Of a stretch of DNA of 64,000 bases, positions 46,659 to 54,111 are shown one piece after another. The DNA comes from OCS155 cluster bacterium AG-422-J23 (GTDB lineage: Bacteria; Actinomycetota; Acidimicrobiia; Actinomarinales; Actinomarinaceae): positions 22,152-86,151 of the forward strand of contig QCMT01000002.1 of the NCBI GenBank assembly GCA_003213625.1, given 5' to 3'. The first letter of the stretch is position 1; each line of letters opens with the position of its first letter. Under the pieces are notes generated by a model. That model searched no databases. It was given only the letters and a program-made list of their open reading frames with translations, and was not told the origin of the DNA. The translations under genes and the position numbers were made by a program.

Positions 46659-47900
46659 TTATCCAACACTAAGCACAAATAAAGCCTGTAGCGTCAGTGC
46701 AACAGTTATGAATAAAAATATGTATTGTGTTTTATCACTTTGTTGATGACCAAAAAGCTTAACTGCTAGGTCGTGAGCTAACACAACGCTTAACATATGA
46801 CCTAGAAGGGTAACAGCAACTTGAATTCCCCAGATAACTAAAGGCTCTATAAAATAATTTATCGTTGGTTCTTCTACATTTAATATATTCATACCAATTC
46901 CTATCGGATCATTAAATCTGTAAAAAAATGTTTGGGATTCGAAAAGTAGAAGTGTCAAATAGTGAGTTACATGGTATGCAAAAGCGATTGGTAGCATCGT
47001 ATGTCCAAAGAGATTTGAAACATGGTTAAGTTTAAGATCAGAGCCACCTACTTTGATTGCAAAGAAGCATGCAAAACGATAAAAAAGAATCGTTCCTAAG
47101 TTCATGATCAAAAACATCATCGTTGAAAACCCCATATCATCTGTTCTTGATCCGAACTGGTTATACCAGAAAGTAGTCTCTCTTAAACCATCGTAAGTTA
47201 CGGTACCTATCATTAAAAGTACAAAATATTCGATACCTCTTAGTTTCGCTAAATTTCCAATATTATCTAAAAGAGATCGAAAATAAGGCTTGCTGTTAAA
47301 TAGTTTTAGTTTGCTATATAAATAATGAAGTAAAAGTAATGGATCAACTTCGATTAATGACTTCTTTAAAAAATATCTCAATAAATTTACACAAACAAAG
47401 AGTGTAATTAGGACGACTGCAATATTTAAAGGATTTCCAGGTCTCCTCCAAACAAGCTCAAACCAGGTAAGTCCAATAAATAATATGCAAGCAAAATAAA
47501 CAGATTCTGGCTTATCCGATTTTAAAGAAAATAAATTCAAAGGGTTAAATTTTGAATATATGTCACCAAACAATAAGCCAAGTACTGGAACACCAATCCA
47601 AAGAAAAACCCAAAGTATCAAAGGGGCGACGGATGTTTTTGATGATTCATTTCCAAATATTCCAGGTGCAATAAGTAAAAATAAAATGATTATTCCAAAC
47701 AATTTTCCAATAAAATTTTGCTTGTCATTAAAAACCTCTTGTCTTGGTGTAATAATGGATTCTTTCCATGAGACTTTTAAATAAACAAATGTAATCAATA
47801 CAACTAAGGCTGAAGAATTGAGGACAATATCGAAAGGTATTGGGAGATCTCCAACATTTACAACACCATGATTTAATGATGCTGAGTTTTTTATTATCAT
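46659..47900 (-). CDS. polytopic membrane protein, unknown function
   Basis: 413 aa, about 10-12 TM helices; no motif recognised. Confidence 0.6.
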   Translation of the reverse strand: MIIKNSASLNHGVVNVGDLPIPFDIVLNSSALVVLITFVYLKVSWKESIITPRQEVFNDKQNFIGKLFGIIILFLLIAPGIFGNESSKTSVAPLILWVFLWIGVPVLGLLFGDIYSKFNPLNLFSLKSDKPESVYFACILFIGLTWFELVWRRPGNPLNIAVVLITLFVCVNLLRYFLKKSLIEVDPLLLLHYLYSKLKLFNSKPYFRSLLDNIGNLAKLRGIEYFVLLMIGTVTYDGLRETTFWYNQFGSRTDDMGFSTMMFLIMNLGTILFYRFACFFAIKVGGSDLKLNHVSNLFGHTMLPIAFAYHVTHYLTLLLFESQTFFYRFNDPIGIGMNILNVEEPTINYFIEPLVIWGIQVAVTLLGHMLSVVLAHDLAVKLFGHQQSDKTQYIFLFITVALTLQALFVLSVG

Positions 47901-47959
47901 CTACTGTTTACATTAAACAAATAATTTTATAAAATTATCGTTAACAGGGAGTTTTAATT

Positions 47960-48136
47960 ATGTGTGTAATTTGTAATTTGACCACTCAAGGATACGAAGC
48001 AGCTTACTTAGCAGTTGAAACTGATGCGTCTGAGAGCATGGTTATTCCAGTAGTAAATAGATTATTAGATTTCCACTCTTATTTAGCAGTTGACTCTATG
48101 TTGATCCAGGCATCATTAGTTGGAATTATTCTCTAA
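47960..48136 (+). CDS. hypothetical 58-aa protein
   Basis: Manual ORF MCVICNLTTQGYEAAYLAVETDASESMVIPVVNRLLDFHSYLAVDSMLIQASLVGIIL; gggag SD 7 nt upstream; just below the track cutoff. Confidence 0.35.
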   Translation: MCVICNLTTQGYEAAYLAVETDASESMVIPVVNRLLDFHSYLAVDSMLIQASLVGIIL

Positions 48137-48141
48137 GAAAA

Positions 48142-48576
48142 TCAGCTGCAATTTTTGCAAAGATCTGTACACTTTCCAAACAATTCAAGCCTATGATCCT
48201 CTATTGAAAAATTAAATTTCTTTTCTATTCTTTTTATTTCTTTAGATAAAGTTTTTTCAAACTCATCACCCATTTGAATATCAATTATCTCTCCACAGTC
48301 ACTACAGAATAAATGATGGTGGTGGGAATCGTCCTCAAGTAAAAGCTCAACAACAGTTGCATTTTCGGGATTTGTAAATTCATTCAATATATTTATTTTT
48401 TTAAGGTCATTTAAAACTCTGTAGAGAGTCGATTTAGCAACTTTTTTCTTTAGCTTTATCTGAAGTTCATCTACAGTTAGGGGATTGTTGTTTTCTAGCA
48501 ACGCCTCGATAACCAGAATTCTTGGATTGGTTATTGAAACTTTATGATCTAATAAAATTTGTTTTGAATCTTTCAT
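48142..48576 (-). CDS. zur: Fur family regulator, probable Zur
   Basis: wHTH (STLYRVLNDL), HHHHLFCSDCGE and CTDLCKNC metal sites; divergent from znuABC. Confidence 0.85.
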   Translation of the reverse strand: MKDSKQILLDHKVSITNPRILVIEALLENNNPLTVDELQIKLKKKVAKSTLYRVLNDLKKINILNEFTNPENATVVELLLEDDSHHHHLFCSDCGEIIDIQMGDEFEKTLSKEIKRIEKKFNFSIEDHRLELFGKCTDLCKNCS

Positions 48577-48611
48577 ACGCTTTCAATTATACAGAATTTA
48601 TGAAAAATAAA

Positions 48612-48670
48612 AAATGAGAATAATTCTCATTTATTCTTGACAAATATTTAATTGAGACTTAATCTCATTT
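48612..48670. promoter_or_regulatory. two 21-bp Zur/Fur-type operator palindromes flanking or overlapping the znuA promoter
   Basis: Box 1 aaatgagaat-a-attctcattt (48612-48632, perfect 10-1-10). Box 2 aattgagacttaatctcattt (48650-48670). ttgaca at 48637-48642 and taatct at 48660-48665 lie between or within them. Confidence 0.75.
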
Positions 48671-48691
48671 ATTGTAAGTTAAAGGAGAATT

Positions 48692-49687
48692 TTGAATCAT
48701 AATAAATTTTTTAAGTTTGGTGTAATAGCACTCTCTATTGTTTTAATTGCATGCACAGGAGGGTCGGAAGCTGGGTGTCCTGAACTGGGAGATAGAAACC
48801 TCAATGTTGTAGCCACCACTCCTATGGTTGGAGAATTTGTTAATCAAGTAGGTGGCGATAACATAAACCTTACTATTTTGATGCCACCTGAAGCTGATCC
48901 TCATACATACGAACCAGCTCCACAAGATGCAGGAACCATTGCTGAAGCAGATCTTATTTTTTATACAGGTTTGAGGTACGAACCAGCTGCTTTAGTAAAA
49001 CTCTTGGAAAATTCTGCATGTAGTTCTGAGATATTAGCTGAAGTGGGTGAAAGCGTTTATCCAATAGAATTTAAAGAAGAAGGTGGGCATGACGATCATG
49101 GAGATGAAGAAGGTCATGAAGATGAAGAAGAGGAAGGTCACGAAGGACACGATCATGGTGAATATGATCCTCATTTCTGGTTTGATCCAAGCAGAGTTGT
49201 GTATGCTACTGAATACATTGAAGGAAAATTGAGTGAGTTTGATCCGTCAAACCAATCTAATTTTGAAGCATCTTTGGTTTCTTACAAAAGTGAGCTAAGT
49301 GGTCTTACAGGACAAGTATCTGATTTAATTTCAACAGTTCCGTCCCAAAATAGAAAGCTTATTACTACTCATGAGTCTCTTGGTTACCTTGAAGCAAAAT
49401 TTGGACTACAAGTTTTATCAACAATTATTCCAGATTTAGATTCTTCAAATGAGATAACACCCGCACAGCTCGTAGATGTTATTGATGTAATCGAAGACAA
49501 TAATGTAAAAGTAATCTTTATTGAATCGGAAGCTCCATCAGTTTATGCAGAAACAATTGTTGCAGAAACTGGTATTAAAGCAGTTGAAGGATTATGGGTT
49601 GAGACCTTGAAAGAAGGACAAACATATCCAGAATTCTTAATAAATGCTGTTGAATTAATTGTGGAGAATCTAAAAAATACTGATTAG
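48692..49687 (+). CDS. znuA: zinc ABC transporter substrate-binding lipoprotein ZnuA (His/acid-rich loop)
   Basis: TTG start with aaggag SD; lipobox LIACTG; HDDHGDEEGHEDEEEEGHEGHDHGEYDPHFW loop; cluster A-I SBP pattern. Confidence 0.88.
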   Translation: MNHNKFFKFGVIALSIVLIACTGGSEAGCPELGDRNLNVVATTPMVGEFVNQVGGDNINLTILMPPEADPHTYEPAPQDAGTIAEADLIFYTGLRYEPAALVKLLENSACSSEILAEVGESVYPIEFKEEGGHDDHGDEEGHEDEEEEGHEGHDHGEYDPHFWFDPSRVVYATEYIEGKLSEFDPSNQSNFEASLVSYKSELSGLTGQVSDLISTVPSQNRKLITTHESLGYLEAKFGLQVLSTIIPDLDSSNEITPAQLVDVIDVIEDNNVKVIFIESEAPSVYAETIVAETGIKAVEGLWVETLKEGQTYPEFLINAVELIVENLKNTD

Positions 49688-49731
49688 GTTGATTGTAGAT
49701 AACTTTCAATAACTTAGGGAAAGGTATCACG

Positions 49732-50523
49732 ATGAACAATGTAAAAAAAGATAGTTTAAATGACACAGCGATCATTGTTTCTGATGGTTGCTGTGTTCAA
49801 CTAGGTAATGCACAAGCTTTAGATGATGTAACTTTTTCCATTGAAAGAGGAAAAAAAGTAGCTGTTGTCGGACCAAATGGTGGAGGAAAATCTACCTTGT
49901 TTAATGCTATTGCTGGGCTTGTTCCTATTGTTGATGGTTCTCTTAAAATCAAAGGAATGAATCCTGAAGATGCCAAAGGGTCAATTAGCTATGTTCCACA
50001 AAAAGATTTAATAAATAGAAACTTTCCTCTTTCTGTAAAGCAAGTGGTAGAAATGGGTTTAATCAATAAAGATACTTTGAATTTATTTTCAAGAAAAAAA
50101 ATTAATAAAAAAATTAAAGAAGCCTTAGAAAATGTAGGACTTGTAGAGAAAATTAATGAAAATATAAATAATTTATCTGGAGGTCAGTTCCAAAGAGTAT
50201 TAATTGCCAGGGGACTAGCTCAAGATGCTGATATTTTATTACTTGATGAAGCTTTTAGTGCCGTTGATGTAGGCGCTCAGGAAGATATCATGAATCTAAT
50301 AAGTGATATAAATCTAGATGGTAAAACTATTCTGATTGCAACACATGATATCAATAATCTTGAGGAAAAATTCGATGAAGTGTTGTGTCTAAATAGACAT
50401 TGCTGCGCTTATGGAGATCCCTCAGAAGTCTTAACCAGTGAAGTCATTGAAGAAATGTATGGTTCCCACAACGAAATGTTTAAATTTCATACACCAGAAA
50501 GTCATACAAAAAATAATGATTGA
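49732..50523 (+). CDS. znuC: zinc ABC transporter ATP-binding protein
   Basis: GPNGGGKST, LSGGQFQRVLIA, LLLDEAF. Confidence 0.88.
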   Translation: MNNVKKDSLNDTAIIVSDGCCVQLGNAQALDDVTFSIERGKKVAVVGPNGGGKSTLFNAIAGLVPIVDGSLKIKGMNPEDAKGSISYVPQKDLINRNFPLSVKQVVEMGLINKDTLNLFSRKKINKKIKEALENVGLVEKINENINNLSGGQFQRVLIARGLAQDADILLLDEAFSAVDVGAQEDIMNLISDINLDGKTILIATHDINNLEEKFDEVLCLNRHCCAYGDPSEVLTSEVIEEMYGSHNEMFKFHTPESHTKNND

Positions 50524-51337
50524 AATTTTAATCGAGCCATTTCAGTACGAATTTATGACCCGATCAATTGTGACCGCTATTGGGTCTGGGGTTATGCTTT
50601 CTTTATTAGGACCTTTTGCAATAAATAGAAATATGGGCTTTATGGCCGATGCAATGGCTCATGCAACTCTACCAATTATTGCAATTGGAGTGTTCTTAGG
50701 TTTTAGTATTTCCGAATTAGGTGTCCCTGCTTCAATATTGATTGCATTTTTTCTTGGATACATAATTAAAAATTCAAATATTGGTGAAGATACCTCAATA
50801 GGAATAATTTTTTCATCTTTTTTTGCTTTAGGATTTGTTTTGATATCAATTCTTGATGTCACTATTAACCTAGAAGACTTACTTTTTGGACAAATACTGG
50901 CAGTTAGCAACTTCGATGTTGTGATAGTCGTTTCAATGTCTATTGGAGTAGTCAGTCTTGTAGTTATCTTTTTTAAACAGTTATTGTTTTATTCTTTTGA
51001 CCCTATTGGAGCAGAAGTTAAAGGTTTAAATACAAATTTTTTAAATTATTTATTTCTTGTAATTTTATCCGTATCGATTGTGGCTTCCCTTCAGACAGTT
51101 GGAATAATTTTGGTACTCAGCATGCTGCTTATTCCAGCAGCAGCATCAAAACTAATAACGAATACATTTGTTACCTCAATATTTGCGAGTATATTTTTTG
51201 GGGTTACTTCATCTGTCACAGGTCTATATTTTTCTTACTTTTTCAACTTGCCGTCAGGGCCAACAATGTCATTAGTCGCAACAGGCATTTTTATATTTTG
51301 TTTTTTTGTTAGTAAATTATCAAAAGTTAAAATTTAG
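50516..51337 (+). CDS. znuB: zinc ABC transporter permease
   Basis: Start moved to ATG 50516 (MIEILIEPFQYEFM), overlapping the znuC stop; ABC-3 type polytopic protein. Confidence 0.85.
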   Translation: MIEILIEPFQYEFMTRSIVTAIGSGVMLSLLGPFAINRNMGFMADAMAHATLPIIAIGVFLGFSISELGVPASILIAFFLGYIIKNSNIGEDTSIGIIFSSFFALGFVLISILDVTINLEDLLFGQILAVSNFDVVIVVSMSIGVVSLVVIFFKQLLFYSFDPIGAEVKGLNTNFLNYLFLVILSVSIVASLQTVGIILVLSMLLIPAAASKLITNTFVTSIFASIFFGVTSSVTGLYFSYFFNLPSGPTMSLVATGIFIFCFFVSKLSKVKI

Positions 51338-51344
51338 GAAAATC

Positions 51345-51815
51345 ATGTATTCGATATGGGTTGAATCTTCTTCAAAGCAATTGACTCAAATAAAAAAAGT
51401 AATCAAAACTTTATCAGAGGAAGAGAATAAAGACTACTTTGAGCCTCATGTCACACTAGTAACAAACTTAAATTCAGAACATTCAGCTATGAATGTATTT
51501 GATAAAATATCGAAGAAGAGATTTGATATCACATTTGATACAATCCAAGAAGGAACGACCTACTTTCAACGACTTTTCTTAACATCCACAGATAATACAA
51601 ATTTTCAAAACTCAATAATTGATATAGAGGGATGGCCTAGTCTATGGATTCCTCATCTGTCACTTTTTTACGGGAACGAGTTACCAAAATCTTATCCATC
51701 TAAAGATTTTGATAATCTCATTCCCGTAACCGTTACGTTTGATACATTAGTACTGTCAGAAACAGGCCCTATAGTATCGAAGTGGAAGGAGATAACCACT
51801 TTATTTTTGGACTGA
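51345..51815 (+). CDS. 2H phosphoesterase superfamily protein (cyclic phosphodiesterase-like)
   Basis: Start moved to ATG 51345; two H-x-(T/S)-x motifs (HVTL, HLSL). Confidence 0.6.
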   Translation: MYSIWVESSSKQLTQIKKVIKTLSEEENKDYFEPHVTLVTNLNSEHSAMNVFDKISKKRFDITFDTIQEGTTYFQRLFLTSTDNTNFQNSIIDIEGWPSLWIPHLSLFYGNELPKSYPSKDFDNLIPVTVTFDTLVLSETGPIVSKWKEITTLFLD

Positions 51816-53156
51816 CTCCAAAGCAACTTTTACCTTTTCAGCAGGGAAATCATAATCAATTATTTCACCACTTAAGAAGTTCTCATATGCTTTCATGTCA
51901 AAATGTCCATGACCACACATTGCTGTCAAAACAGCTACTTGCTCAGATCTTTGATCAGCATCTTTTACTGCTCTGATTGCTGAAGCTATAGCGTGAGTAG
52001 CTTCAGGTGCTGGGACAATACCTTCAGTTTTTGCAAAGAGCTGACCAGCTTCAAAACATTCTCGTTGACCAATTGCTTCGGCCTCGATCAGATTATCTTC
52101 ATACATAGCACTTACCAATGGAGCCATGCCATGATATCTTAAACCACCAGCATGTATGGGGTCAGGCACAAAACTGGATCCAAGAGTATGCATTTTTACA
52201 ACTGGTGCCATACCTACAGAATCTCCAAAATCATACGTATAAACACCTTTAGTCAAAGATGGACACGCTTGAGGTTCCACAGCTCTAATAATGGTTTTTT
52301 TATTTGACTCCATATTGTTTTTTGCAAAAGGAGAAAATAATCCAGTAAAGTTTGATCCCCCACCTGTGCAACCAACAATTATATCTGGATAGTCTTCTGC
52401 CATTTCCATTTGTTTTAAAGCCTCTAAGCCAATAATTGATTGGTGCATTAGAACATGATTTAAAACACTACCCAAGGCATATCTAGTTCCTTCTTCTTTT
52501 CTAGCTACCTCTATAGCCTCAGAAATTGCAATACCTAAGCTTCCAGGTGTATTTGGATCCTGAGATAAGAATTGTTTCCCAATATCTGTTCTTTCAGATG
52601 GACTAGGGTGAACTGTTGCACCATAAATTTCCATCATTGTCTTTCTATGAGGTTTAGAGGCATACGAAGCTGCTACTTGAAAAACTTCAAGCTCAATACC
52701 AAACGCTTGACATGCGAAAGATAAAGCAGAACCCCACTGACCCGCACCCGTTTCAGTAACCATTTTCTTAACACCCTCTTCAGCGTTGTAAAAAGCCTGA
52801 GGAATTGCAGTATTTGGCTTATGTGAACCAGAAGGAGACCCACCTTCATACTTGTAATATATTCTTGATTTTGTACCTAATGCTTCCTCCAACCTTAAAG
52901 CTCTATACATTGGAGAAGGTCTGTATATCTTATATAATTCCAAAACAGGCTCTGGAATATCAATATAGTTTTGGTCAGATACCTCCTGCAATATAAGACC
53001 CATTGGAAATAAAGGTGCTAAATCTTCAGGACCAATAGGCTCCATAGTTTGAGGGTTTAATTGCGGTGGTAAAGGGTTTGGAAGATCTGGGACTATGTTG
53101 TACCACTGTTTAGGAATATCACTTTCATTTAGTAGATATTTGTATTGTTTTTTCAT
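51801..53156 (-). CDS. trpB: TrpB2-type tryptophan synthase beta-like PLP enzyme
   Basis: 451 aa (long TrpB2 form); GGSPSGSHKPNTA PLP-lysine motif; GCTGGGSNF. Confidence 0.88.
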   Translation of the reverse strand: MKKQYKYLLNESDIPKQWYNIVPDLPNPLPPQLNPQTMEPIGPEDLAPLFPMGLILQEVSDQNYIDIPEPVLELYKIYRPSPMYRALRLEEALGTKSRIYYKYEGGSPSGSHKPNTAIPQAFYNAEEGVKKMVTETGAGQWGSALSFACQAFGIELEVFQVAASYASKPHRKTMMEIYGATVHPSPSERTDIGKQFLSQDPNTPGSLGIAISEAIEVARKEEGTRYALGSVLNHVLMHQSIIGLEALKQMEMAEDYPDIIVGCTGGGSNFTGLFSPFAKNNMESNKKTIIRAVEPQACPSLTKGVYTYDFGDSVGMAPVVKMHTLGSSFVPDPIHAGGLRYHGMAPLVSAMYEDNLIEAEAIGQRECFEAGQLFAKTEGIVPAPEATHAIASAIRAVKDADQRSEQVAVLTAMCGHGHFDMKAYENFLSGEIIDYDFPAEKVKVALESVQK

Positions 53157-53212
53157 TTTTACTCCTTAGCTTTTTGGGTTGAGCCCGGAGTTTTAATTTC
53201 AGTGACAGTAAT

Positions 53213-53234
53213 AAAAAAACCGGGCTGTGCCCGG
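53213..53234 (-). terminator. intrinsic terminator (attenuator) inside the trpB2 5' leader
   Basis: Minus strand: ccgggc-aca-gcccgg followed by ttttttt, about 57 nt upstream of the trpB2 ATG. Confidence 0.8.
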
Positions 53235-53262
53235 TTTAAGAACTAACTAGTGGGGCACCTAC

Positions 53263-53304
53263 CTATGTAGTTGACCACCAATTCCAGCTAGTTATATATT
53301 TCAT
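53263..53304 (-). CDS. trpL: Trp-rich leader peptide (13 aa) of the trpB2 attenuator
   Basis: ATG AAA TAT ATA ACT AGC TGG AAT TGG TGG TCA ACT ACA TAG = MKYITSWNWWSTT. Three Trp codons within four; the stop abuts the antiterminator segment. Confidence 0.7.
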   Translation of the reverse strand: MKYITSWNWWSTT

Positions 53305-53382
53305 ATTTAATAACATACCAAATAAACTTTAAGATACAAAATTCATTTAAGTAAAAATCTTATCTCTTCTATTCTTTATAAA

Positions 53383-54111
53383 GTGGAAAAAATAATAGAA
53401 GCAAAAAACCTTACAAAGGTTTATGGAGAAGATGGAACATCAGTTACAGCATTAAACAATGTAAATCTTGATTTTTATGAAAATAAATTTACAGCAATTA
53501 TGGGTCAGTCTGGATCAGGCAAATCAACTCTTCTCCACTGTCTTGCAGGATTGGATAAAGTTACTTCAGGATCAATTTTTGTAAAAGGTGTTGACCTAGG
53601 AAGCCTTAACGACAAAGAATTAACAAAAATAAGAAGAGACTCTTTTGGGTTTGTATTCCAAGCTTTCAATTTAATACCAACATTAACTGCAGAGGAAAAC
53701 ATCACACTACCCTCTTCAATTGCAGGAAGAAAACCTGATGAAGAGTGGATAAACCAAATTGTTAATACCGTAGATATTGGAGATAGATTAAATCATCGAC
53801 CAAATGAACTTTCAGGAGGTCAGCAACAAAGGGTCGCTGCTGCACGAGCAATGGCAACAAAGCCAGAAGTAATTTTTGCTGATGAACCATCAGGAAATTT
53901 AGACTCAAAATCAAGTAAGGAACTATTAACTTTTATGAAATCTGTTGTCAAAGAGTTAAATCAGACCATAGTTATGGTGACACACGATCCTTTCGCTGCA
54001 TCATTTGCTGAGAGGGTAATAATGCTAAAAGATGGAGAAGTAGCAAGTGATATGGAAGACCCATCTCAAGAAGAGATTATCTCAATGGTCACATCCTTAA
54101 GCGATATTTAA
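53383..54111 (+). CDS. ABC transporter ATP-binding protein (MacB/FtsE-like)
   Basis: GTG start; GQSGSGKST, LSGGQQQRVAAARA, IFADEPSGNLD. Confidence 0.9.
   Translation: MEKIIEAKNLTKVYGEDGTSVTALNNVNLDFYENKFTAIMGQSGSGKSTLLHCLAGLDKVTSGSIFVKGVDLGSLNDKELTKIRRDSFGFVFQAFNLIPTLTAEENITLPSSIAGRKPDEEWINQIVNTVDIGDRLNHRPNELSGGQQQRVAAARAMATKPEVIFADEPSGNLDSKSSKELLTFMKSVVKELNQTIVMVTHDPFAASFAERVIMLKDGEVASDMEDPSQEEIISMVTSLSDI

Noticed and set aside
53157-53310. T-box (tRNA-Trp) riboswitch as the explanation for the trpB2 leader (aattggtggtc resembles part of the T-box sequence)
   Set aside because: The leader is too short. It lacks a recognisable Stem I/specifier loop and the ACCGCG half of the T-box. The 13-codon ORF with WNWW plus the 1:2/2:3/3:4 pairing explains it better.
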